64,000 nucleotides of DNA from Macrostomum hystrix (taxonomy: Eukaryota; Animalia; Platyhelminthes): contig CATNEN010000037.1 of NCBI GenBank assembly GCA_950097015.1, positions 1,736,001 through 1,800,000 of the forward strand. Direction: 5' to 3'. A model generated the notes under the pieces. It saw nothing but the letters and a program-made list of their open reading frames with translations. It was not told the DNA's origin and searched no databases. Positions 12,888 through 23,420 of the stretch are shown piece after piece. Positions within the stretch are counted from its first letter, which is position 1. Every line of letters begins with the position of its first letter. The translations under genes were made by a program, and so were the position numbers.

Positions 12888-14729
12888 TCCCCTGATCCTT
12901 CAGTGAATGTCCTGATCCTTCAGTGAGTCCCTGACCCTTCAGTGTATGTCCTGATCCTTCCGTGAGTCCCATGATCCTTCAGTGAGTCCCTGATCCTTCA
13001 GTGAGTCCCCTGATCCTTCAGTGAGTCCCTGATCCTTCAGTGAATGTCCTGATCCTACAGTGAGTCCCCTGATCCTTCAGTGAATGTCCTGATCCTTCAG
13101 TGAGTCCCCTGATCCTTCAGTGAGTCCCTGATCCTTCAGTGAATGTCCTGATCCTTCAGTGAGTCCCCTGATCCTTCAGTGAATGCCCTGATCCTTCAGT
13201 GAGTCCCTGATCCTTCAGTGAGTCCCCTGATCCTTCAGTGAGTCCCCTGATCCTTCAGTGAGTCCCTGATCCTTCAGTGAGTCCCCTGATCCTTCAGTGA
13301 GTCCCTGATCCTTCTGTGAGTCCCCTAATCCTTCAGTGAATGTCCTGATCCTTCAGTGAGTCCCCTGATCCTTCAGTGAGTCCCCTGATCCTTCAGTGAG
13401 TCCCTGATCCTTCAGTGAGTCCCTGATCCTTCAGTGAGTCCCCTGATCCTTCAGTGAATGTCCTGATCCTTCAGTGAGTCCCTGATCCTTCAGTGAGTCC
13501 CCTGATCCTTCAGTGAGTCCCCTGATCCTTCAGTGAATGTCCTGATCCTTCAGTGAATGTCCTGATCCTTCAGTGAGTCCCCTGATCCTTCAGTGAGTCC
13601 CCTGATCCTTCAGTGAGTCCCTGATCCTTCAGTGAGTCCCTGATCCTTCAGTGAGTCCCCTGATCCTTCAGTGAGTCCCCTGATCCTTCAGTGAATGTCC
13701 TGATCCTTCAGTGAATGTCCTGATCCTTCAGTGAATGTCCTGATCCTTCAGTGAGTCCCCTGATCCTTCAGTGAGTCCCCTGATCCTTCAGTGAGTCCCT
13801 GATCCTTCAGTGAGTCCCTGATCCTTCAGTGAGTCCCCTGATCCTTCTGTGAATGTCCTGATCCTTCAGTGAGTCCCTGATCCTTCAGTGAGTCCCCTGA
13901 TCCTTCAGTGAGTCCCCTGATCCTTCAGTGAGTCCCTGATCCTTCAGTGAGTCCCTGATCCTTCAGTGAGTCCCCTGATCCTTCAGTGAATGTCCTGATC
14001 CTTCAGTGAATGTCCTGATCCTTCAGTGAGTCCCTGATCCTTCAGTGAATGTCCTGATCCTTCAGTGAGTCCCTGATCCTTCAGTGAGTCCCTAATCCTT
14101 CAGTGAGTCCCCTGATCCTTCAGTGAGTCCCCTGATCCTTCAGTGAGTCCCTGATCCTTCAGTGAGTCCCTGATCCTTCAGTGAGTCCCCTGATCCTTCA
14201 GTGAGTCCCTGATCCTTCAGTGAGTCCCCTGATCCTTCAGTGAGTCCCCTGATCCTTCAGTGAGTCCCTGATCCTTCAGTGAGTCCCTGATCCTTCAGTG
14301 AATGTCCTGATCCTTCCGTGAATGTCCTGATCCTTCAGTGAATTTCCTGATCCTTCTGTGAGTCCCATGATCCTTCAGTGAGTCTCCTGATCATTCAGTG
14401 AGTCCCCTGATCCTTCAGTGAGTCCCTGATCCTTCAGTGAGTCCCCTAATCCTTCAGTGAATGTCCTGATCCTTCAGTGAATGTCCTGATCCTTCAGTGA
14501 GTCCCTGATCCTTCAGTGAGTCCCCTGATCCTTCAGTGAGTCCCCTGATCCTTCAGTGAGTCCCTGATCCTTCAGTGAGTCCCTGATCCTTCTGTGAGTC
14601 CCCTAATCCTTCAGTGAATGTCCTGATCCTTCAGTGAATGTCCTGATCCTTCAGTGAGTCCCTGATCCTTCAGTGAGTCCCTGATCCTTCAGTGAGTCCT
14701 TGATCCTTCAGTGAGTCGCCTGATCCTTA
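12888..14729 (+). repeat. 19-20-bp tandem array (GTCCCCTGATCCTTCAGTGA with GAATGTCC variants), ~90 copies
   Basis: Directly visible. Confidence 0.97.
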
Positions 14730-15632
14730 CGAGATCCTAACAGTGCTCTGTCACGTGAAAAAACACTGGAGTTCCACAAGCACTGCACTGCTCTATGAGG
14801 AAGGGACTTCTAAGCCTCGATTTTGATGCATTCAGGCTTATCAAATCCAGTCGATATTGATCAAATTTATTGGGCAGCAGCCAAGTGGGAGCCAGGTTTC
14901 CTGGAAGGCATTTTTCAAGAGAAGTTCAAAATCTCATCCCAGCTCCCCGTGGGATCAGGGAATACAGCTGCTGGTCCGGCAACTTTTGATTGATTTCTAA
15001 TTGGCGAGTGCCTCGGTAAGGGTGGGCTTAGTTCAGAGTTCTGAGCTGTTTTTTTATTCTCCCCCCAAGACCTCCCTCAGCTGAGCTAACATTCAGTTAT
15101 TCCCAATGGCCCAGTCGCAGTGCATTAGGTGGCTTGGCCTCACAGGCAGGCGTTCAACTGTGACCGCGCGGAAGACCCTGGCCGACTTTTGGCGATCACG
15201 AGAGACCACGGCTGAGCGTAGGTGAGTGGGTGGGGTGCGGAATCTATACGACCGCTCTGAGACTCATCAGCAAACAGAACCGGGGAGACAACCAAAACAC
15301 ACACCCCGCCGCTAATAAGTGGAAAAGCTGATTGTCTGCTTTTGCCCAGGCTGCTCAACAGTTACAGGAGTTGGGATCTACCGGGGGGGGCTACCTCGCA
15401 CTAACCCGTGTGTTCGCTTCCCCTACTGCCTGCACAGTTCTTACATTTTGTTCGGCCCATCGGATGAGGATTAGCCAGCCCAGCTGTGGTGGGATCAGAG
15501 AGTGACGCCTGTGGGGCTTGCGGGGTGAGAGAGAAGAGGACTCAGGGCCGAGGTTACGATTTAAATACGGCCTGGCGGAAGGCCACACGGCTGGCAAAAA
15601 ATAGAGTCGATATCGTCAGCTAGCCTGTAAGC

Positions 15633-17860
15633 ATGCGCATCGAGCAGCTCTGGCGCCGCTATCCCCTGCTGCGTCTGCTGCTCCTGCTGACGTCTCTGCT
15701 CTGGCTGACCCTCGTGGCCGTTCTGCTGAGTCTTCACACCGACTCTCATGCCTACGACGACTTTGGACACTTCAGTGATCAAGCTCTGGCCGAGAAGGCG
15801 CGTCTCAGCGCCGAGTTTTGGCGCAGCGACCGAGGACAACGGTTGAAACGCTTGCGCGAAAGTCAGGACCGTCTGCGCAGCATTTTGATGAAGGAGGAGG
15901 CCGCAGCTGCTGCCGCAGGCGCCGAAAACAGCAGCTCAATAACTGATACGCCAACTGTAACTGTAGAGTCAACAACGACTTCGTCTTCTTCAGCCGAGAC
16001 GAACGCAACAAGAAGCGGCGGTCCGGGTGACCTCGGCGCCCCGGTCTGGGTGGACCCTGGCCAGCTGAGCGAAGAGCAGCGCGACGCCTTCCAGGCCGGC
16101 TGGCGAGACAGCGGCTTCAACGAGTTTGCCAGCGATCTAGTCGGCGCTCGGCGTCGTCTACAAGACTTTCGACCGCTGGCCTGTACAGCCCGCAGCCCGG
16201 CAGAACTGCCAAACACCAGTGTCATCATCTGCATGCACAACGAGGCCTGGTCAGCGCTGCTGCGCACTTTGCACTCTGTGATTGACAGGTCACCGCCGAG
16301 CCTGCTGCATGAGGTCATCATCGTTGACGACGCGTCGACCAGGCCGCAGCTGGGTCGGCCCCTCGACGACTATCTTGCTCAGCTGGTCCGCTTGTCAAGC
16401 CAGAGGACTCGGCTGCGGCTGATTAGAAATCCTCGGCGCGAAGGACTTGTCCGGTCAGTTGTGGCCCTTTGAATGATATTTCGCGAGCTTGGCGAAAGAG
16501 GACGCAGGATTGGAGGCAATAATCAATGACGCAATTTTGCAGGTCTCGCCTGATTGGCGCCGCGGCAGCCACCAGCCAGACGCTCACCTTTCTTGACTCG
16601 CACATCGAGTGCGCGGTAGGCTGGCTGGAGCCGCTGCTGGACCGGGTGGGCCGCAACCGGCGCACGGTGGCCGTGCCCTACATCGATGTGATCAGCAGCG
16701 AGACGATGGCCTTCCTACACGTGTCTCCCGAGCGCATGACCATCGGCGGTTTCGCTTGGCCCGGCCTGGCCTTCGCCTGGCGTGCCGTGCCGGAGCGCAT
16801 CCGGCGGAACCTGAGCAGCCGCGCCGATCCTGTGCCCAGCGCCACCATGCCCGGAGGTCTGTTCACCATAGACAGGGGCTTTTTCCAGGAGATAGGCAGC
16901 TACGACCCGGGCATGGAGATCTGGGGCAGCGAGAACCTCGAGCTCAGCTTCCGAGTGTGGATGTGCAGCGAGGGCCGAATCGAGGTCGTGCCCTGCTCCA
17001 TCGTTGGTCACCTGTTCCGCTCAGCCAGTCCCTACGCCTGGGGCAAGACTGGCGCAGCCGAAGTGCTGAAGCGCAACGTTGTCCGACTGGCCGAAGTGTG
17101 GCTGGACGGCTTCAAGCACATCTTGTACCGTCAGTTTAACTATAAGCTTGGCAATATTGGTGACATTTCCCAGAGACGCGAGCTCCGTCGCAGGCTCGGC
17201 TGCCGCTCCTTCCGCTGGTACTTGGAGAATGTGTGCCCGGAGCAGCTGAGTCCGCGGTGGTGGCGGCTGGCCGCCGACAACTCCACAGCAGTTCGCATGG
17301 GTCCGCTGAGCACCGCGGCCGAAATCGCCGGCCACATCTGGTGCCTCGACGCCGTGTTCAGCTCAGTTGACGTCGACGAGGAGTCGGCGTCACCGATTGC
17401 GCGCGAGTGTCACGGCGAGGGAGGCGGTCAGACATGGGTGGTTGCCGAGGCTGGCATCGCTGCCGAAGAAGCTGGAAGCACAGTCAGTGGCAGCCCGCTA
17501 ATGCTGGCGCGGTCGGACGGCCGCTGTTTGCACTACAATGGCAAAGACCTGTCGCTGGCGCCCTGCCAGAACGGTCAGGAGAGCGGCGAAGGCGGTCTGG
17601 CTAGTCTGCAGACGTGGCTCTACCAGCCGGCCAGTCGGCGCCTAGTCCATTCGGCCAGCAGACGCTGCCTCGCCGTTCTTCGCTCGGCCGTTGTACCAGT
17701 TGCACGGCTCAGCGTTGCCAGTTGTGGCGGCGGCGAGGGCCACGGCGAGAGTCATGAAGGCGACGGCGTGGGTGAGCCCGGCACGGCTTGGATCCTGCCG
17801 CAGCTGCTTGACTTGACAGACGACCGGCCGATTGAGCTCGGGGAGACTGTGACCAAATAA
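15633..17860 (+). CDS. GALNT: Polypeptide N-acetylgalactosaminyltransferase (exons 15633-16453, 16543-17860)
   Basis: N-terminal type II TM helix; motifs SVIICMHNEAWSALLRT, IIVDDAS, REGLVR|SRLIGA, FLDSHIEC, MPGGLFTIDR and WGSENLELSFRVW; C-terminal ricin-like region (WCLDA, QTW, RCL). One 89-bp intron CG|GTCAGT ... TTTTGCAG|G. Symbol is family level only. Confidence 0.95.
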
Positions 17861-17896
17861 TTTCCCAAGCGGTTTTTCTGGTGCCCATGTGTTCTA

Positions 17897-18521
17897 AATC
17901 CAGTCTCTGATCCCAGAATCCAGTCTCTGATCCCAGAATCCAGTCTCTGATCCCAGAATCCAATCTCTGATCCCAGAATCCAGTCTCTGATCCCAGAATC
18001 CAATCTCTGATCCCAGAATCCAGTCTCTGATCCCAGAATCCAGTCTCTGATCCCAGAATCCAATCTCTGATCCCAGAATCCAGTCTCTAATCCAAGAATC
18101 CAGTCTTTGATCCCAGAATCCAGTCACTGATCCCAGAATCCAGTCACTGATCCCAGAATCCAGTCTCTGATCCAAGAATCCAGTCACTGATCACAGAATC
18201 CAGTCTCTGATCCAAGAATCCAGTCTCTGATCCCAGAATCCAGTCTCTGATCCCAGAATCCAGTCACTGATCCCAGAATCCAGTCTCTGATCCCAGAATC
18301 CAGTCTCTGATCCCAGAATCCAGTCACTGATCCCAGAATCCAGTCTCTGATCCCAGAATCCAGTCACTGATCCCAGAATCCAGTCTCTGATCCCAGAATC
18401 CAGTCTCTGATCCCAGAATCCAGTCACTGATCCCAGAATCCAGTCTCTGATCCCAGAATCCAGTCTCTGATCCCAGAATCCAGTCACTGATCACAGAATC
18501 CAGTCTCTCATCTAAGAATCC
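17897..18521 (+). repeat. 20-bp tandem array (AATCCAGTCTCTGATCCCAG), ~31 copies, starting ~35 bp after the GALNT stop
   Basis: Directly visible; shares the core AGTC.CTGATCC with the 12.9 kb family. Confidence 0.95.
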
Positions 18522-18739
18522 TTTGACTATGATGTTTCTCTTCATATCAGAAGAATTGATTATTCTGATATCTTCTGAATAATTTCAAACTAATTGTTTA
18601 ACTTCGCTTCCACTTTAATTTTTCTTTGCTATAAGATAGCACTTCGGAACTTCGAAGTTCAGATAATTTTTTCATATATTTCATATATATATATATTTCA
18701 TATATATTTCAAATATATATATTTCATATATATATGAAA

Positions 18740-18928
18740 TCCTTCAGTGAGTCCCCTGATCCTTCAGTGAGTCCCTGATCCTTCAGTGAGTCCCTGATCC
18801 TTCAGTGAGTCCCCTGATCCTTCAGTGAGTCCCCTGATCCTTCAGTGAGTCCCTGATCCTTCAGTGAGTCCCCTGATCCTTCAGTGAGTCCCTGATCCTT
18901 CAGTGAGTCCCTGATCCTTCAGTGAGTC
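18740..18928 (+). repeat. Short copy of the 19-20-bp GTCCCCTGATCCTTCAGTGA array, ~10 units
   Basis: Units identical to those of 12888-14729; follows an AT-rich (TA)-like tract at 18670-18738. Confidence 0.95.
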
Positions 18929-19444
18929 TATATTTTATCTACTAGCTCGTACTTTCACTATAGCCAAATGAGTAGTGTGTATAGATATTTTGGCTATAAT
19001 TTCAAGAATTTAAATAAAAATGGTATGCAGCACTACAATCTTTTTCCATGAATAAATTGTTTTCGTAACTTAATTCAGCGCAACTTGCTCTGGATTCCGG
19101 TAAACAAATTCCTCAACTTTCAAACAGTGTGAAACAAGCGTACTGTAACTGTACGAGTACATTGCGGTGCCTTGCCGGTTAACTGAGAGTCACAATTGAG
19201 CTTAAATTACCATCTCTGTGTTTCTAGTACAGATTGTTTTAGTTGGGTAATTTACTAGACGATATGTATCGAAAAGTTAAAATTTAGCGATGAAAAAATT
19301 AAATTAAATTTATCCTGTCTATATTTTTTCTGGAATGATAAACAATTGTAATATTTAGATAAAACAGCTAACGGTGATTGGGCAAGCAAAATTCAGAAGG
19401 AATACTTCATTTGAAGGTCAAATAATTTATCAATTCTATTCCAC

Positions 19445-21184
19445 TCAGGCTTCGGCCTCGGCCGCCTCCACTACAGCCACCTCGAAAGGGGCAATGGTCG
19501 TCCCGGCCTCCACCGTCTCGGCCACTGCACTATGCGACTTCGTCCAGCGTCGGTGCAGCCGATTGGCGAAGCAGCAGCAGGCGATGTCAATCAGGACGCT
19601 GACAGCTGCCGAGCAGCGGACTGCAAGGCCCTCGGTCGGAGCCAGCAGCCGGAGGCTGTCAGTTGGAAGGCCGCCGGCCAGCAGCACAAGGCGAAGATCC
19701 GACAGGCCAGTTGAAGAAGGCGACGCTGAGCCCGCAGCGGTCAGCGCGCAAGCAGTCGAGGAGGCCGCCACCGCAAGGAGTCGGCGAATGTCGCCAACAA
19801 GCTGATAGTCAGGCAGGTCGCGCTGGCCGACGAAGATGGCGCAGCTGATCAGCCTGGAGGCGCCGGCTGCGGCGCTCAGCGAAGCCGCCAGAGGCAGCAG
19901 GAAGTCGATGACCAGCCCGGATGACGACGGCGGTGACGAAGCGCCAAGAGCGCGGCAGCAGCGCCGGCTGGCGCCCATCGCAGCCGCGCCGGATCCGGCG
20001 GCGAAGGCGACGCCAGCTGCAGGCAGCGCCTCGGCCAGGCAGCGGATCGGGCTGGGACGGCCGCCGGCTGCCAGCAGCATCGGCGGCAGCGGCATCGCCA
20101 GGCCGAGCAGCAGCAGCCAGGCAGCCAGGAGGCCGAGGCAGAGCGCAAGGCCGGGCACCGCGGCCACAACTTCGGCCAGCGGAGGTGGCGGCGGCGCCTC
20201 CAGGACTGCCTGAGCGGCCAGACTGGCGAAGGCCAACGGCACCAGTCGGCGCAGGCAGCGGTGAGCGCGAGCGATGCCGATTCGCAGGGAGCGCGCCAAG
20301 CCTGTGAGAAAGTCAGCAGCTTCGGGTTCATTGTCTGCGCCTCGACGTCGTAAAAGAGCGACGCCGACGACGATTATAAACAGCAGGCCGAGCAAGTTCG
20401 GACCGGGAGCCGAGAAAACGGCGCTGTCGCTCGACGCCCCGAGGCCGCTGCTGCTCGTTCCATCGGTCTCGTTTAGTGACGACAGCCGCCATGGCCGCAG
20501 ATGCAACGGTCGCTTTCGAAGGACTGCCTCGGCCAGACTGTCAGGGAATAGGATGCCGCCCACGGCATCCAGGAGAGTCACCATCGCTGCTAAGAAGTCT
20601 CCGCTTGAGAAATTCCCGGCGCCTCCACCGACATTGCCTCTGTCGCCGACTCCCAGCTGACCGGGTTGAAGCCACAGCATCAGCGACATCATGCCACCAG
20701 TAGCCAGCAACCAGGCCGCCATTTGCATAGCAACCGTTGTCAGGATCAGCGCCGCCAAGTTCCTCATCCGCAGGCCAACGAGAGCGGCTGTGGCTGCCAG
20801 GGCCGCCTGCGGCAGGACGGCGCAGCGCAGCAGGTCCACCCAAACCCGGCCGGGCCAGCCGACAGTCCAGGCCAGCGGGCCGGCGTTGACAACGTCAGTG
20901 AAGCCGCGGAGACGACGCAGTGCGAAGCCGACTAGCAGGCCGATTAGCGCGCCCGCCGGACCAGCCAGCAGCGACGGCAGAGGTGTCAGGGGCGACCGTC
21001 GCCTTCGATGTCCGTTACAGCGGCCCGACTCCACTTCTGCAGTGTCCGCTGGCAATCGTCGTCTGCGAATCATGAATTCAGGTTTACTGCCTAATAATAA
21101 GCGCAGAAATAGCTGTGAAAGTCTGGTGCCCGTTTCATATAGCACCGCGCCTTGCCGACTATCTGAATTGCTAATTCGCGCCAT
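19445..21184 (-). CDS. Intronless, highly divergent SLC1 (EAAT / dicarboxylate-amino acid:cation symporter) family protein, up to 579 aa
   Basis: Family-like segments: LIGLLVGFALR, WPGRVWVDLLRCAVLP, LLDAVGGILFPDSLAEA, PNLLGLLFII, PLAFASLAAQAV, FLLPLAA, AIFVGQ, GLPTD and a terminal D-x-x-C. The start could instead be the ATG at 21073. Confidence 0.85.
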   Translation of the reverse strand: MARISNSDSRQGAVLYETGTRLSQLFLRLLLGSKPEFMIRRRRLPADTAEVESGRCNGHRRRRSPLTPLPSLLAGPAGALIGLLVGFALRRLRGFTDVVNAGPLAWTVGWPGRVWVDLLRCAVLPQAALAATAALVGLRMRNLAALILTTVAMQMAAWLLATGGMMSLMLWLQPGQLGVGDRGNVGGGAGNFSSGDFLAAMVTLLDAVGGILFPDSLAEAVLRKRPLHLRPWRLSSLNETDGTSSSGLGASSDSAVFSAPGPNLLGLLFIIVVGVALLRRRGADNEPEAADFLTGLARSLRIGIARAHRCLRRLVPLAFASLAAQAVLEAPPPPPLAEVVAAVPGLALCLGLLAAWLLLLGLAMPLPPMLLAAGGRPSPIRCLAEALPAAGVAFAAGSGAAAMGASRRCCRALGASSPPSSSGLVIDFLLPLAASLSAAAGASRLISCAIFVGQRDLPDYQLVGDIRRLLAVAASSTACALTAAGSASPSSTGLSDLRLVLLAGGLPTDSLRLLAPTEGLAVRCSAAVSVLIDIACCCFANRLHRRWTKSHSAVAETVEAGTTIAPFEVAVVEAAEAEA

Positions 21185-21190
21185 GTAGTT

Positions 21191-21202
21191 GTTGCTAGCA
21201 AC
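21191..21202. promoter_or_regulatory. Candidate RFX X-box (palindrome GTTGCTAGCAAC) upstream of the SLC1-like gene
   Basis: Perfect 12-bp palindrome built from two GTTGCT/AGCAAC half-sites, 7 bp upstream of the first ATG and ~120 bp upstream of the second. Confidence 0.45.
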
Positions 21203-21744
21203 GGAAGTCCAGAGTAGGTGGTGCTATTTCTTTCAAAGAATCAATTGCAGTATAAATTTCTTCTATGAGTTTAGACAAACGAGCTTACTAAAATATAAAG
21301 AACTCCCGATTGGGTCTAAAAATGCACGCTTGTTTTGGACATAGTGGAGAGATAGCGCACGCACAGTGTCTATGGCGTTGCTGCATGACAATGCCGTGCT
21401 TCTATCACACTGACGAATGGTTTAAACACTCAGCATAATCGATAATCGATGGGTGGCTTGGACCATAGACAGGGGTGTTATTGAACGCTGACTGAGTTTT
21501 GAGAGGGAAGAGAGGGAGAGAGGAATAAGTATAAGTTAATTTCCGCTTATTTATTTCTTTGGTCTGAATTAATGGCAGAGGACTCGTGTCCGAGGCCGTT
21601 AGTTCAGACCATAGACTAAATAAACGGAAATAATATACTCGTATTTATACCCCGTTCGGAATGTTGGCTGCTAGCGGGGATGAGGGGGCGAAGCCCCCTA
21701 TCGTTTTTCGTGCGTCTAAAAGATCTAACGATATTTGGATCGTT

Positions 21745-22362
21745 TATTTGGCTCAGGCCAAACAAACAGCTTTAACATTGGACCATAGATTTATTTGGCT
21801 CAGGCCAAACAAACAGCTTTAACATTGGACCATAGATTTATTTGGCTCAGGCCAAACAAACAGCTTTAACATTGGACCATAGATTTATTTGGCTCAGGCC
21901 AAACAAACAGCTTTAACATTGGACCATAGATTTATTTGGCTCAGGCCAAACAAACAGCTTTAACATTGGACCATAGATTTATTTGGCTCAGGCCAAACAA
22001 ACAGCTTTAACATTGGACCATAGATTTATTTGGCTCAGGCCAAACAAACAGCTTTAACATTGGACCATAGATTTATTTGGCTCAGGCCAAACAAACAGCT
22101 TTAACATTGGACCATAGATTTATTTGGCTCAGGCCAAACAAACAGCTTTAACATTGGACCATAGATTTATTTGGCTCAGGCCAAACAAACAGCTTTAACA
22201 TTGGACCATAGATTTATTTGGCTCAGGCCAAACAAACAGCTTTAACATTGGACCATAGATTTATTTGGCTCAGGCCAAATAAACTGCTTTAACATTGGAC
22301 CATAGATTTATTTGGCTCAGGCCAAACAAACAGCTTTAACATTGGACCATAGATTTATTTGG
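21745..22362 (+). repeat. 47-bp tandem array (GACCATAGATTTATTTGGCTCAGGCCAAACAAACAGCTTTAACATTG), ~13 nearly identical copies
   Basis: Directly visible; no spacers. Confidence 0.97.
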
Positions 22363-22377
22363 AGCGGCCAGAAGGGG

Positions 22378-22386
22378 TATAAAAAG
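22378..22386 (+). promoter_or_regulatory. Candidate TATA box (TATAAAAAG)
   Basis: Consensus TATA in a G-rich context, 16 bp after the 47-bp array and ~65 bp before the ATG at 22449. Confidence 0.45.
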
Positions 22387-22448
22387 ATGTCAGCCAAACC
22401 AGCTTAAATCCGAACTTTGCTGGCTAAAGTTTCCTTGCCTTTCCGGAA

Positions 22449-22700
22449 ATGGCGTTGCTTCATTTGTCTCAGTTTCCCGAGGGACTTGTCTCAGGACTGA
22501 CTTGCGAAGAGATCGCGAAGCATGTGCATCTGGAAAGTATGAACGAACTTGTTGAGAAAACGATGCGGAGAAGCACCACCTTGCAGAACGTGACGGTTTG
22601 TGTGCTTCGGACATCCATGGCTGGTGACACGCGTGCAGAGTTTGTTCTCAACTTCAGCGGCAGGTTTGAGAACTGCAGCTTTCGCTTTGCATATCAGTAG
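22449..22700 (+). CDS. Small intronless ORF, 83 aa, unknown function
   Basis: ATG start, non-repetitive protein-like composition, higher GC than the flanks and an upstream TATA box. No homology recognised. Confidence 0.35.
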   Translation: MALLHLSQFPEGLVSGLTCEEIAKHVHLESMNELVEKTMRRSTTLQNVTVCVLRTSMAGDTRAEFVLNFSGRFENCSFRFAYQ

Positions 22701-22945
22701 TGTCTCCCATTCGGTCAGTCGTCTATCAGCAAGGAAAAGTGTTTCACAAGCATCATAAAACTTATAACACATCGTTGCACTGTTTAGTTTTGTGTTAAAC
22801 CATTTTGTTGACAAAAATGCAATTATCCAACCGTCAGCGTGCAGATTAATGGTGTATTATTGCACGCGGACTAGAGCATCAGTTCACGCTGTCTATGGTA
22901 AATCCTGGCATTATTTTGTCTTATGTTTCAACGAATCGAATGACC

Positions 22946-23096
22946 GAATGACCGATTGATCAGAATGACCGATTGATCAGAATGACCGATTGATCAGAAT
23001 GACCGATTGATCAGAATGACCGATTGATCAGAATGACCGATTGATCAGAATGACCGATTGATCAGAATGACCGATTGATCAGAATGACCGATTGAT
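22946..23096 (+). repeat. 17-bp tandem array (GAATGACCGATTGATCA), ~9 copies
   Basis: Directly visible. Confidence 0.95.
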
Positions 23097-23420
23097 ACTC
23101 TCTCAAGAGTAATATAGAAATAATCTAAAAATAGTCTAAAAATAGTTTCAAAAGTTTCTGAAAACTGCTTGTTTTGGAAAGCAACTTTTTTCTTGTAATT
23201 CAGTGACATAGGGAGAAAGAGAGGCTAACTTGACTACCTGCAATCCAGTGTTGTTCGCCTGAGCATTTCCGATTTTCAGAATTTTTCCTATTTCCTTATC
23301 GCTCAATAGCTCTAGCCAGCTCTCTCTCTAAAAAACTATATTTTCTACTTTCTCTCTCTCTCTTTTACTAAAAGCCTAGAATATACAATGTTTCCTACTT
23401 CATTTTGGAAAGAGTAACGT

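Noticed and set aside
19374-21188. Several plus-strand ORFs overlapping the SLC1 gene (also antisense ORFs over GALNT, the GPCR and DEG/ENaC)
   Set aside because: Shadow ORFs expected from GC-rich codon usage; no recognisable domains.
21745-22362. CRISPR-like appearance of the 47-bp (and 43-bp) arrays
   Set aside because: Units are contiguous with no unique spacers, there are no cas genes, and the context is eukaryotic.
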